Part shown: positions 50,001 to 64,000 of the stretch, piece by piece
Numbering within the stretch: position 1 is the stretch's first letter
Layout of the letters: each line of letters starts with the position of its first letter
NCBI GenBank assembly: GCA_038087875.1
Contig: CM075988.1
Span: 27,344,001-27,408,000 of the forward strand
DNA length: 64,000 bases
Direction: 5' to 3'
DNA from: Malacoraja senta
Taxonomy: Eukaryota
Translations under genes and position numbers: made by a program
Notes under the pieces: model-generated
Databases searched by the model: none
Seen by the model: only the letters and a program-made list of their open reading frames with translations
Told to the model about the DNA's origin: nothing

Positions 50001-53000
50001 ATTTACACCAATTACATAAAATGTTTAATACAGGGTTTAATTATACATGTTGATTTCCAATTAAGTTAGTTTACTAATTAATCTAGTTGGTGCTTGTTGG
50101 TATTCTAATATGTCTAAAAAAAGAAATATCACCTTTTCTGAGTCATCAAGGCTGTATTTGATTATTTTAGAAAACCTCAAGAATTTTATGAGTATTTTAG
50201 GAAAACTCCAGTTTTTTTTTAAATCACCTGGGATTTTTTGTCAGTTTGTCAGGGCTTAGCTCAAAAACTGTTCAGATTGTAATCAACCATTGTGAAAATT
50301 TCCAACAGTTTGCCATCTGTTAGGAGTACATTGTGATGAGAGCCTTTTGTATCGTAACTGGGCAGGTCTCCTTGCAAATGTATAGAAGAAATGACAGTGA
50401 TGTACTTTTGCAATACAACAAACAGGATTCAAGTATCTAGATCTCATTGATATTGATGGTGTAGACGCAATGTAAGAAATCCTGAATTTAATAGTTTTAG
50501 AGCCTTTAAAGTGATAAAGTTAAAGAATAAATATGGCACCTATCTGACTCCATCCATTTATTATAACCATAATACCAATAATGATCCATACTGGGATACA
50601 CTGGTTCAATATTCGTGCCACAGACACTTCTGAGGAATTTGACTGGATGGTATATTTATTCTTTGGAATTAAAGGATGGAATTTGGTGCAAAACTATACC
50701 TATAGACTGCAGAGATGTCAAAGCTTAATCTACATAAAGCCAGGGACATCCAGTAAAGATATCCTATGTTTAATTGAATATAGTAATTGTTTTAAATGTT
50801 TTTAACAAGTGTTTAAAAAGTTGGTTTACAGATATTTGTATAATTTTTGCAGAAACATTAATTTTTATTTGGACATTTATTTGGTTATTAACGCCTTTGT
50901 GTTTTGATATACAGTCTGCATAAACCAGAAAAAAAAACATGTATGCTGTCTTTCTAATGTAATTGTGGAATTAATTTTAATACAGGTGATATGCAGTATT
51001 ATATTTGGCTCTTTGAGAAACCAACTTGAATTATTCTGGACCAGCTGTTGAATTACTGCATATTGATCAAAGGAAGAGATATCTTAGGTTATGATAATGC
51101 TATCTGAACAATATATGGGCCATGTTTTACAGTATGTGTTTGGAATAAAAGATTGAGGTGGTTCTAGATATAAAGTGCACATTGATGCTAATTTTTGCTG
51201 CAGCCTATCACAATTGACCCAGTTTCAAGTCTTAAATGCACACAATTTCTTTCTTCCTCCAACTTAATGAGAAGCTTGCTCCATTGGAATCTAAGGGCAA
51301 ATCTTTTAGAAATTTAATTGAATGGGGACTCCTTTAAAATAGCAAATCGCGCACCCTGAGCCAATATCTGAACAGACACAAAATGCTGGAGTAACTCAGC
51401 GGGACGGGCAGCATCTCTGGAGAGAAGGAATGGGTGATGTTTTGGGCTGAGACCCTTCTTCAGACAATATCTGAACAGTGTAATTTAAGTCTTCTTTTGT
51501 GATAGTGACTGATTCGGATAAAAGCTTTCCCATTGCTGGTGCCCACAATCACATCTCGGTGCTGCAGCTGAGGTGTTGTAGTACTCATCTCCTCCAAAAG
51601 ATGTAGTTCATGAGCTTTAATAGTTTTATTTATCAATGCCTCACTTAGAATATCAATGCCTTGTATATTACAATAGCAAACATTTGAAGAAGTAATTGTA
51701 AGCACAGTTTTGCTGAGACATTAACCCTCTTGATGCTAATGCTTTTGTCCAACATTTAGCGAAATATATCATTGCTGAAAATGTAGAAACAAGTCCATCA
51801 TTTCTATTTTCTAAATTCTTTTTTCAGGGGGAGGGGAGAATGACTGGTTAATTAAAAAATAAACAAATAAATAAATTGATTTAAAATAATTTTGTAGTTT
51901 TCTCTCTGGTTTATAAACTTAAGCAATGTGATGCATTCATTTTTTTACTTTTAAAGGCAGGAGCATACACTGCCGAGGCATCACTGCACGTGCTAAGTGA
52001 CCAGAAATGTTTTACAATGATCTTAAATGGGGAACCTGTTTCTGGCTTCCCAACACAGGCATTATGCAGTTAACATTTAATGACATTGCCTGCAAAATGG
52101 CAACTAGAGGGTTAATTGAATCAACTTCAGGTATTACTGTTGTGATTTTTTTTCCATAAAGTGTGTGATCATAACAAAATGGTGCTGTACCAAAGCCTTA
52201 TCTGTAGAATATTTACCACTATATATCCTACATAGGCTCCTAGCCTCCCTCTTCTTCCCCCAACCATGTAATATTCAAATAGTTAAGGGAATGATTCAGC
52301 AGACTGCCGGATTACCTGGAAAAGATGCAAGATAGACAAGGAATGAACAAAAATAAAAATTGAGATTTTGCAAGTTATATAACTAAATGGCTCACTACAG
52401 AAATATGGACTTGATTAGGGGACACTATGTTAAGTGTAAAGATTGCCAAAGAAATTACGTAACGAAAGGACAAATTTTTGAGAAAACACTGGTAAAAATA
52501 ATGTTAATAATAAATGTCAAGGATTTAAAATGACAATGTATATTGCCCTTCCTTGTTTATTATGAATTCATCTTTGAACTTAAATAATAATGTACAACAG
52601 AAGGAGGAAATGTCAAAAGTCATTAGTTTAAGAAAAGATAACTGCAATCTTTGCAACAGCCTGAAGCTCTCTGTCAATTGATACAATGATGTTTCAGTGT
52701 GCTTTATTTAACTTTGTTGTCCTTTAATTCCTAAGTTGCTTAATTTGGGATGAAGGGTGTGAATCCATGATTGTCCCACCATGTCTCATTCTCCTGAGTT
52801 TATTCCCATTTTGCCCCATTTGTGAGCCAGTGATAGTAAGACAGTGGATGCTTTTGAACAATTGATGCTAAATAATTGATGGATAGATGATTATTTTGTT
52901 CCACATTGTGCCTTTTTTCCCACAATTTCAACCACCTGTGACACAGTTCCATCTCTGAGACAATGTTAAGATTCCATGTTAACCTGAGGCCTTCTCTTTG

Positions 53001-54894
53001 AGATATTTTTAATTTTATTTCTGAACACTATCGAGCTGTGGTCTTTCGGCAACATATTCTTGACACAGCATAACTGCTTACACAGATTCTCTGACCTAGA
53101 TACAATCTGTCCTTTGCACCTCCTCCAAGTAAAAGTCTGGCTTTCCTCAGGTGCTCCAGTTTCCTTCCACATTCCTGATGTGCTAGTAGTTACCGTAAGT
53201 AGGTGGGCGATGACAGCAAAATCAAGGGAAGTTTAGAGACATGATAGAAAAAATAGTTTACAAGAAAGTAAGTGGGGGAATGGGACTGAAGGGAATGTTC
53301 GATGGGCCAAATGCTCTCCGACAGCATGAGAAAAAATTAATTACAAACTAGATTCTTAAGATTGAATTTTTCCATCTCAAATGTTATGACTTGGTATACA
53401 ATTTTTTTTAATGTGATTTAGACTTAATCAAATGCAAACAAAATCAACGATCTATATGAAGAATCTGAAAAAAGGTGTATTATTTTTTAAATAAATGTAC
53501 AATATTCAGAACTTTGCTTCATCCAGTTACTAAGATAAACATTGACAATATCATCATTACAGTATTTACATCTTGATATTTCAGTATTGATCTATTTAAT
53601 TCAAACGTTTTTTTATTCTCTTTCTATGTTAACACCTCTGGTAATGTTTCAAATAGGCAGTTAGAACAATAGTTTTGATAATTTTTATATAATTTTATTT
53701 TTCAATCACATGCACGAATATATATTTTTAAAATGTATGCATACTTAACTAGCTAAATGTAAATATGCACTAAATACAAGTATCAACAATATGATTCTGT
53801 AAGGGAAAATAACTAAATGCAGCATATGGAGCATATTTAGCAAAGCTCAGGAATGTATACGTTCATGTCATAGGAGCAGAATTAGACCATTCGGCCCATC
53901 AAGTCTACTCCACTACTCAATCATGGCTGATCTATCGTTCCCTCTCAACCCAATTCTCCTGGCTTCTCCCCATAACCCCTGACACCCATACTAATCAGGA
54001 ACCTATCAATCTCCACCTTAAAAATATCCATTGCATCTTGCTCATGACTTTAATAGTTTCAGTCTTAATACTTGCATTGCCTACATCTTTCATCAGCATT
54101 TTTCTCATGAAGGCTGGGACTTGCTGATGCACGTCACTGCAAACATGTCCACATGCCAGCTCATCTTAGACCCAAGCCACTGACCTCTGGCGTATAAAGT
54201 TATATTCTTATTTAGATTAATAAATTGCAGACTTTAGAGAGTAACAGTTGCACACTAATTTAATCTATTCATGAGTATGTAACATAAACACCCTCAGCAG
54301 AGAGGAATTAAATGTTGATGAAAACAGACTAAAGTCACAGACTTTTCAAATAAGGACATGTTCAGTATACCCAGGATATAAATGCAGTGCAGTCGAGAGA
54401 GAATAACATGCAATGCCATAGTACGAGCATATGCTATATATTAATATTCATCCACAAGACCTAAGCAACACTGATAAGAACAGTTTTTATTTCCCATCTC
54501 TCATTCCCTGCAAGGCAGTTATGAGTCACTTCTTGAGGTGCTTTTGGACAACAGTTCCACGACTTTGACCAGATGGCAATGAACAAGGTGCAGTGTATGT
54601 TCACATCATGATGATTTGCACCATGGAGCAGAATTTCCAGTTGCTAGCATTTCCTTTGCACATCCTGCCATTGTCCTTCTAGGTGACAGAGGCGACAGAT
54701 TTGGGAGGTGAGATATTCAGGGGAATGATTTTTCAAGGCCCTTCAGCCCAAAATGTAACACTATTCTGCCAGAGCAGAATAAAGAGGGTAAGTTGCTCTG
54801 CTTTGATAGTGAGGAGCATTCAAAAGTTGGGGCTGCCTATTATTAATGTGAACATTCTCACCACCACTGGAATCAAAGTGCCCAAATACAGACA

Positions 54895-55590
54895 TTACAT
54901 AGATTACATTGAAAATAAGTGCAGGAGGAGGCCATTTGTCCCTTAAAGCCTGCACCGCCATTCATTGTGATCATGGCTGATCATCCACATCAGTAACTCG
55001 TGCCTGCCTTCTCCCCATATCCCTTGATTCCGCTAGCCCTTAGAGCTCTATCTAAGTCTCATTTTAATTCATCCAGTGCATTGGCCTCTACTGCCTTCTG
55101 TGGCAGCGAATTCCACAAATTCACAACTCTTTGGGTGAAAACGTTTTTTTCTCATCTCAGTTTTAAATTACCTCCACATTATTCTTAGACTGTGGCCCCT
55201 GGTTCTGGACTCCCCTAACACTGGGAACAATTTTCCTGCATCCAGCTTGTCCATTCCTTTTATAATTTTATACGTTTATAAGATATCCTCTCATCCTTCT
55301 AAATTCCATTGAATACAAGCCCAGTCTTTCCAATCTTTCCTCTTATGACAGTCCCACCATCCTGGAGATTAATCTCGTGAACCTACGCTGCACTGCCTCA
55401 AAGGTAAGGATGTCCTTCCTCAAATTAGGAGACCAAAACTGCACATAATACTCCAGATGTGGTCTCACAAGGGCCCTGTACAACTGCAGAAGGGCCTCTT
55501 TACTCCTATACTCAAATCCCCTTGTTATGAAGGCCAACATGCCATTAGCTTTCTTCACGGCCTGCTGTACCTGCATGATTACTTTCAGTC
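54895..55590 (-). mobile_element. CR1 LINE 3' fragment
   Basis: ORF 55343..55576 KKANGMLAFITRGFEYRSKE...RPHLEYYVQFWSP; a shorter 3'UTR copy lies at 53865-54032. Confidence 0.9.
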
Positions 55591-58189
55591 TTACGTCTGA
55601 GTGTGTTTATAATTCCCTTTTTTTAATGTATGAGTTCTGAGTATATTACTCAGTTAAGAATTGTATCTACTGACAGGGAAGTCAGGCTTACAATATCAGG
55701 TGATACCGGCAGTAGAGCTCATGGTAGTTGTCAAACACCTTATTTACTATACTCTGTATGGATGGGAGGAGTCCTGGTACCCAACCATTTCTGAATATTG
55801 CAAACCTGTGTAATCAATCAGAGTAAAAACATTGCATGCTCATGAAGAAACCTACATGCTCAATGAAGAGTCTGTGACAATTTGTTCATTGTCAAGACAA
55901 TAGAGGGCATTTAACTGCAAGGTAGCGTGGGAACGACTGTGTGGACATTTTCAGCTGCTTAGTACCCATGTAACACTGTCCTGCTTCAAAAATGTTTTGT
56001 ATTTTGATATAATAAATCTTTGCAAAAAAAACCCTTAACTGGTAAATTATGTCTTACGCAAGAAAAATAGGTTACACCAAGAGACTGCATACTTATCACC
56101 GAAATGAGCTGACACAAAGGGGTAGGGCAAGGGGTACAGTTTTTCAAGAGTCAAGAGTGTTTTATTGTCATATGTCCCAGATAGAACAATGAAATTCTTA
56201 CTTGCAACAGCACAACAGAATATGTAATATTACTTCATCCCACTGGTATGTTGAATCTCAAGAGAAACCAAAATGAAGGTGACAAATGTTTTGTAAAGCT
56301 GGTCAATTCTACAAATTCATACATTCACTCAACATTTTAGCCAGATTTCATGTCTTTCCCTTAAAGAGACCTGGGCTAGCCTGGGTTATTGGGAACTAAA
56401 TTCTTACAATGTACAGGTTTAATTCAAGTGAAGAAAGATTTGGATTTATATATGCTTTTATCTTGCTCCATCGTATTCCAAAGCACCTTATTGCCACACA
56501 TTGTTTGTGTATTAGACACAAATTGCTGGAGCATCTCTGGATAAAAGGAATGGGTGCTGCATGTCCCACTGAGTTACTCCAGCATTTTGTGTCCATCTTC
56601 GGTGTAAACCAGCATCTGCAGGTCCTTCCAGCAGGAATATTCCTGAAACGTAAACTGAAGACCATGTCCCAAAAAGTAATAGAGTTCTGCAGAATGAAAA
56701 CAGGCCCTTCAGCCACTCGATCCACTCCTGATCCTCCTTATCTCCTAGTCATCTCGTGCTGGTGACAAATTCTTTGCTTTGCTCAATATTTCCTGGCTGT
56801 ACCACATTTTCCATCACTTACAACCGTCTCCATGAAGTACCTTGTTAAAGTGAAGGTTAAGATCAGGATTCTGGCACTAGTGTATTTTGAATTTAGGAAA
56901 AGATGGTAACGAATCGTTGAAAATGAAAATCAAGAACTATGGATGCTGGGAAAGCAGAATTTTTTTTTTAAACAGAAAATTCTGGCAACACTCAGCAGTC
57001 AAGCAGCATCTGTGAAAGGTTTTGATGAAGTGTTTCCATCTGAACCATTCATTTTGTTTTTCTCTCCACAGATTAATGTTTCAGTTGGAAACACTGTATC
57101 AGTTTTTCACAGATGCTCCCACATATCCCTTGCTGTAATCATCAGATTTTATGCTCTTGTGAGTAGTGCCTAGAAATTTAATCTATGCATATATTTTCGC
57201 GTGCAATTTACACATGACTTTCTTATGCATGTTAGATCATGCATGTGATCATTCCCAGTTTAATAAGCAACATCAGGAAATAGCACTGTACTTGTCTAAT
57301 GTTTGCCCAGCATCTAATTAGGTTTAGGTTTATTATTATCATGTGTACTGAAGTACAGTGATAACCTTTGTTTTGCTTGCAATCTAAACAGATTAGATAT
57401 ACCAAACACAGATACAAACTCAAATACAAATTCAAACTCAAGTACAATAGATAGAGCAAAGTGGAGGATACAGTGTGCAGAATATAATAAGTTTAAGAAG
57501 GAACTGCAGATGCTGGAAAATCAAAGGTAGACAAAAATGCTGGAGAAACTCAGTCGGTGAGGCAGCACCCGCTGAGTTTCTCCAGCATTTTTATCTACCG
57601 CAGAATATAATAATGTATTTTTTGTATTTACTGACTGAAATTAGTGTTAAATCAGTGAATACAACAAACTGTGTTTATACCTCACAATAGAACAAGGGGC
57701 AAACCGAAACTGACTAGAAGATGTGACTTAATGGGATCCATTGTTTCTCAAGCCATTGTGTTTGGCAAAGGCCAGGCTTTATTTTCATTGTTCAAGAGTA
57801 TTTTAAACAACATTGCTGGTGTGCCATTATTTATTGCTGTCCTTCTACATAATGCACACTACAAATGCATGCACCTATCTCAGTCAACATGATGAGCCAG
57901 TCCTTACTGTGATATGGGACATGTGGGGCTTCTTGTGCTGGGGACGAGACACACTGAAGACATATTTCTCCTATCTTCTGTGTTTTCTTTCATCTTCATG
58001 ACAGCCTTTCCTACAGATGGCTCCATGGTGGCGCAGCAGGGCGGCATGGTGGTGCAGTGGTAGAGTTGCTGCCTTACAGTGCTCTCAGTGCCAGAGACCC
58101 AGGTTCGATCCCGACTACGGGTGCTGCCTGTACAGAGTTTGTAAGTTCTCCTGATGGCCATGTGGGTTTTCTCCGAGATCATCGGTTTC

Positions 58190-58478
58190 CTGGTGCCAGG
58201 CGGAAGAGGGCTCTGCCCTAGCCAGCTGCCTGCCCCTTTTCCGTGCCCGGGTGGTGTTAGAGAGGGACTACGCGCTGTCCATGGGCACCCTGGAGGATTT
58301 CCGGGAATGCTGGGCACCACGAGGGGTTGAATGCATCCTTGACAAGGAGTGTAACATAGTTGTATAGTTTATTTAGTATATTTGTTTGTCTTGTATTATG
58401 GTGGTGGGTTCTGTTTTGTTTTATTGTATTGTAAATATTATTTTAAATAATTTAATACATTTTTTTATTTAAAAAAAA
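58190..58478 (+). mobile_element. Probable L1/Tx1-clade LINE 3' end inserted within a SINE
   Basis: GC-rich coding-like stretch (ERDYALSMGTLEDFRECWAP), T-rich UTR and A-tail; SINE sequence resumes at gacgtacaggtttgt. Confidence 0.55.
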
Positions 58479-60070
58479 GACGTACAGGTTTGTACATTAA
58501 TTGGCTTTCTATAAATATAAATTGTCCCTAGTGTCTGTAGGATAGTTTTAATGTGCGGGGATCGCTGGTCGGCGCGGACTCATTTGGCTGAAGGGCCTGT
58601 TTCCACGCTGTATCTCTAAACGCACTGTATTGCCTTTACAGTAATCCTTGGTGAAATCAACTTTATCAGTGTCAAGCAGATGTCAAACCCTGACTGGAGA
58701 GCTCAGCTGCACAATGAATTTACGCTTCTTCTTACATCCAGTGGTGTGGTTTTTGCACACATTGTCAATTTAACAGATTATATGAAAATAAAGATATAAT
58801 ATCTATGAAAAGCACTGGCCACTTTCTTACTAGTCCATTTACTGGCACATACTGACTTACCAATGAAGGATAGAATGAGCATTTAATTTGGTGTCTCTTC
58901 CAAAGTTTCTCCCAGATTTTGCTGACAACAAATATTGTACTATGCCTGTGTGTATAAAGTCTGTAAGGCAATTAAATATCTTGGGATACAGATATAAATT
59001 TTAGTCAATCTGTTAATCGGTTAGAAATTCCCAAAATACCTTCCATGAAGTGCAGTAAAAGCGTTCTATTTTGTGGTCTATTTTATGAGCTGACATGATT
59101 GGAGGTTGGAATATCAATGCAGACAATTATGGGATAGATTCTAAGATATAATTAGGCTGCAACATGTCAGGTTAGAACAGATGACATTATCGAACCACGT
59201 TACAGAAGCAGAAGTCAAATTTCAAAGGCATGTTTATCACAGGCAATGGATGATAATTATCCAACATATGCCATTTTCTGCTCCTTATTCCAGGGAAAAA
59301 TTACTGAAACATCTGTGAGTCAACTTTACTTTCTTCTTAATTAACTAACAAGACAACAGCTCTAGCTAGTTCTTCCAAATTCAGAGGAAGTTGCACAATT
59401 TTGGGCCAGGCATTTCAATCAGCAGAAAAAATACCAACTTGTATTTTGAAAATCCTCTGATGTCAATTCTCCAGTAAGTTAGGTTACAAACCTAACTAGC
59501 AAGGACACATAGTGCCGAAAAAAAATATCCGCACAAGTTTACGTTAAAATATTTTGCAGTTGACAAAGTCACACTCAGCTTTGCTAGTTTACAAACCCAC
59601 CATAGATAACTATTTCTGGAGGTGTTTTACTGTCACTTTGTGTTTGAACCAGCTTCTTCATGTCTACTTTTCTCTAAATATATCTTTTCAATAACAATAA
59701 ATAATTTCCTTTAAGGACCTGTGATGCACGTTTAATCCTCAAGGAAATTACAACTATTTGCATTGATTTATTGTTTTTGGTTGGTCTTGATTAATACACA
59801 AAGTCAATTAAAATGTTTAAAAATATTGAAGATTTTAAAGTACATGAAAAATATTATTTAAACCTGTTTTATATAATTGAACGAAAAACAATAAAACAAA
59901 CAGTTTTTTTATTCCCCAGAATAAAAGGACATACATTTACAATGGAGATGAGGAGAAATTTCTTTAGCCAGTAGGTGGTGAATCTGGGGAACCATTGTCA
60001 CCACTAGTGGAGACGTTAATAGGCTGCTGAAAAGAAGAAGAAAAAACTTGTTCTAGAATCAACCTCCTCT

Positions 60071-60340
60071 TGTCATCATCAACTGCCCATGTCTCCCAAA
60101 TGTCATCATCAACTGCCCATGTCTCCCAAATGTCATCATCAACTGCCCATGTCTCCCAAATGTCATCATCAACTGCCCATGTCTCCCAAATGTCATCATC
60201 AACTGCCCATGTCTCCCAAATGTCATCATCAACTGCCCATGTCTCCCAAATGTCATCATCAACTGCCCATGTCTCCCAAATGTCATCATCAACTGCCCAT
60301 GTCTCCCAAATGTCATCATCAACTGCCCATGTTTCCCAAG
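60071..60340. repeat. 30-bp minisatellite, 9 copies
   Basis: TGTCATCATCAACTGCCCATGTCTCCCAAA x8 identical plus one variant copy; no spacers. Confidence 0.97.
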
Positions 60341-62467
60341 CTTGAGATGTTCTTCAAATCATTTGGTTATCCTCCAGAATAACAACTCTACAATCTCCCC
60401 TTTCAACATTTTTAATATTTGGTTCTCTTGCTGAATAATGAAAAACAATACCTAAATCTTCACTAAATTTCCCCTTTAGAATCCTTTGCACAGCCATATA
60501 TCCTTTCCCAAGGTTTAGAGGGTCACAGTTTCAAAACAATAGACAATTTTAAACTGGGTAAATTATCTCCAAGGAATAAAGACATTCTTTCTCAGACCAA
60601 ATCAAAAAGCAGCGATTAGCACCTATACTTACATAAAATCCAGGAATGTTTCATTACTTTGTTGACGTTAATTGTAGGAACACATTGAAATTCAGGCCTA
60701 AGCGCTGAGACTTTAAATGGAGAAGAAACTGTGTGAGGATATCTGTGTGGTGATATAACATCTGCACAGAAAGTCCCACTTTTGTCTTGCCAAACGTAAG
60801 TTGCACTCAAGTAATGCATACCTCCCACACACCGACAACCTGGGGAAACTGTTCTCTTATTCTGTTCAGCTGATCATTATTTCCATACAATTTGTTATAA
60901 AAATCAAGGCCAGTAATAATTAACGCCTAATATCTTCTCACGGGTTTAATAAGCAAATTACATGATTAAAGCCTAATTGGACCATTATATCTTAGAACAA
61001 GAGAACGTCAGTCAACAGATAATAACGAGACAGCCTCGATTCCGATTAAATTTCCAAGGATTTGGGGAAGGACAGATCAAGGTTGATTCAGATTCACAGC
61101 ATTGCAGATTTTCTCTCCTTTACACATCAGGTAACCGCAAGGGATAATATGGGAGGGATAATATTCTCCTGTCACCAGAACTCATTCCAAGCTGAATTAT
61201 ATGTCTGACAGACACAATTCACTTCACTGTCCATAAACAGCCAGTTACAATTTCCCAAGTACATAATATTCACGGCTGGCTTGAAAAGGCCAACGGTTTG
61301 TGGTGCTGCTTTGTTGGCTGATAAACCGTAAAAGGAGGACTCCAGGTTCTTGAGATTTACATAAAATAATAGGGCCGTAGGATTGAAACTTCACAGTGCT
61401 CTGGAAGCTCCATGTTTTGTATTAACTACTGTCAGAGACATAAAGCTCAGACAACCATGCTCTACAGGATTGCTATTCCAGATGCAGATCATCATGCAAT
61501 CTAATAAATAGTTTGGAAATTGCAAAGGATCCATAATTTCTGTATTTACTTTCTGTCAGAATCAATCGCTTATCAGAAAACAATAAGACACCAACAATTG
61601 TTTAGCAGCATTAGCATTGCAGAGGGAAGATGAAAATGACAGCACCATATAACTCTGCCTGCCTATTTTAGTTTCGTTTAGAGATACAGCATGGAAACAA
61701 GCACTTTGGCCCACCCCGGCCGCACCAACCATCGATCATGCGTTCACACTAGTTTTATGTTATCCCACTTTCTCATCCACTCCCTGCACACTAGGGCAAT
61801 TTATAGAGGCAATTTAAACTACAAACACACATGTTTTGGGATGTGGGAAGAAACTGGAGCACCCAGGGGAAACCCACACAGTCACAGGGAGAACATGCAA
61901 ACTCTGCACTGACAGCACCAAGGTCAGGATCAAACCCGGGTCTCTGGTGCTGTGAGGTTGCGGCTCCACCGTCTGCACCACTATTATTGAGATTTTCATT
62001 CACAACGCATGCAGGCAATTATCTATAAGTTCTACATCACCTAATGGGTGTAAGATGAGAGAGCAGGGCACCAACCACCATTTTGAACATTAGCTCCACT
62101 CTAAATATCAGTTGCACCTTTGGCCCAAGGGTGACCAGACCTTTATATTGCCAATGATGATGAATGCAGTGAAGCTGAGGACATCTAAATTCTGCAACTT
62201 GGATGGTAGTGGGGAAGTGAGAGCAGTGCCAGGAGTATTTTGATTGATAGAAGACTTAGATCTGATACCAGCACATGGTGGGGCATTGGGGACATCAAAG
62301 AGGTAGGAGATGCCGTGGGGAGGTCGGTGAAGTGTCAATTCAAGAGGTCAAAGCCTGGCCCAAGACATTCTAAGATTCAAAAGACAGGGCCTCAGGAATT
62401 TGCAAGGTTGGGAAGACAGACTGGATCTCAGGGGATAATGACAGATTGCACAAAGGGTGAAGGTATG

Positions 62468-62533
62468 TAATTCACTAACTTGTGAGATTCACTAACTTGT
62501 GGAATTCACTAAATGGGGTAATTCACTAACTTG
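62468..62533. repeat. ~17-bp tandem repeat x4 (ATTCACTAACTTGTGAG-like)
   Basis: attcactaa recurs four times. Confidence 0.8.
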
Positions 62534-62982
62534 ATAGACATCTCCATCTGGCACTACACTGGGAAGTCCCAGATTTCGTAGCGATGGTCATTGACGGAAT
62601 ATTCCAAAAAGCGCCTTGCACAACGAACGATCCCACATCAGGGGCACAGGAGTGCTTCACACTCAAAAGTCCCAGTCAATGATGGAATGATGCTAAATGA
62701 ACCATCAGCGATCGTTACTAGATCTCATTCTGAAAAAGAAACACTTTTGATTTGCCAATGCTAAAGAAATTGTATTGTGGAGAGAGATATCCTGCCATTT
62801 CTTTGCTGGCAGTCTCTGGACAAAAACAATGGTGGGTAGGGGGTGGGGAGGGGGAAGGGTGAAGTGGTTGGTGTGATATTCAAATTGATGGGATGCCAAG
62901 AAGCAGCATTAAATCGGAACTGGTGTAAGTGCCATGTAGATGTTGATTCAATTTAACTCAATAGAACAGACTATTCAACATT

Positions 62983-63162
62983 TGTAGGAAAGAACTGCTG
63001 ATGCTGGTTTATATCGAAGGTAGACATAAAATGCTGGAGTAACTCAATGGGACAGGTTGCGTCTGTGGAGAGAAGGAATGGGTGAGGTTTCGGGTTGAGA
63101 CCCTTCTTCAGACTGAAGATGCTGCCTGTCCCGCTGAGTTACTCCAGCATTTTGTGTCCACG
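62983..63162. mobile_element. Inverted pair of Penelope 3'-end fragments with hammerhead-like core
   Basis: aaatgctggagtaactca...tgagttactccagcatttt inverted arms; minus strand 63111-63087 CTGAAGA-A-GGGT-CTCA-ACCC-GAAAC. Similar mini-elements at 39955-40290, 48165-48355, 51376-51464, 56515-56625 and 57491-57599. Confidence 0.8.
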
Positions 63163-64000
63163 TATTTAACATAGTGTATAATATGTGGCTGATGCAATAC
63201 CTCCAGTTTGCACTCAGCCTGAATCTCTACTTTTTATGTCCTCTCAAAAGGTTACAGTCTACCGGAAAGCTTCCACTATATAAAACATTGCTCAGGAAAT
63301 GTTATATAAATTAAAATGTGCTCTGGCCCTGTCAGAGGCTAAGAGACTTTGAAAGAACATTTCTGCAACAGAGCTTCTGCAAGCATTTTAAATGTCATTT
63401 TACACTAATCAGAATTGCTAAGCAGTGCCCATTTGTCACATGAGGAGCTAAAAAACAAGCCAGAGGTACCAGCGGTGACATGTTGAGTCTATAATTACCC
63501 AGTCTTGTCCTCGCTGCAGAGATGCCTGATTTGAATATCCTGCCTTCACTGACATTTTAATGGGATAATATCACTACAGGCTTGACTTCTCTAAGTGAGT
63601 TTACAATCCATCAGAATTCTTCAAGTGGCTAACTTCTGTGCAAAGGTCATCATTGGGAGAATTAATTTAGCCTCCAGAAAACTGAACGTTTGACCTTCAA
63701 AGAAATGCATCACCATGTAGTTCTGCTGTTGCAGTGGAAGATGCAGATATTTTAACGGAGTAGTGATAAAAGGCATGACTTTTTTCTAACCCAGGCTCCT
63801 TCCTCCAGGAATTACAGATTTCATTTGAAGCCAAATCAGATTAATTTAAGAAAGTAGCAAATCAGGCAATGAGGTAAGAATATGAATGAATCTCTGCGAC
63901 CATTTAAAAAAATAATTTATGGATTCATGGATTGTAGACATTACTAGCAATTCAGCATTTATTGCCATTCTAATTTGCCATTAATAACCGTCAACCAGAT

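Noticed and set aside
60071..60340. 30-bp repeats as a CRISPR array
   Set aside because: No spacers, no cas genes, eukaryotic context.

Overview
Vertebrate nuclear DNA, most likely from a cartilaginous fish (skate/ray-like). That assignment is inferred from the CR1 LINE, tRNA-SINE and Penelope repeat content and from the divergence of the ZW10 protein. The left end holds coding exons 1-4 of ZW10 (minus strand; the gene continues off the left edge) with a CpG-rich promoter built from three ~71-bp tandem units. From ~6.6 to 29.2 kb the DNA is repeat-dense, nested and locally duplicated: CR1, a near-complete L2 ORF2, RTE, Rex1/Babar, Harbinger-like MITEs and a telomere-repeat-bearing foldback element. 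Between these repeats lie at least nine highly diverged histone H3-derived segments in both orientations. Three sit head-to-tail on one strand, two remain in open frames, and one is followed by a histone 3' stem-loop and a U7 downstream element. After a 200-N gap (29211-29410) the DNA is AT-rich and repeat-poorer. It carries a candidate unidentified spliced gene (33.2-41.1 kb, plus strand), a 5'-truncated Penelope element, a non-autonomous Helitron, SINEs and a 30-bp minisatellite. All homology calls were made by eye; no searches were run.
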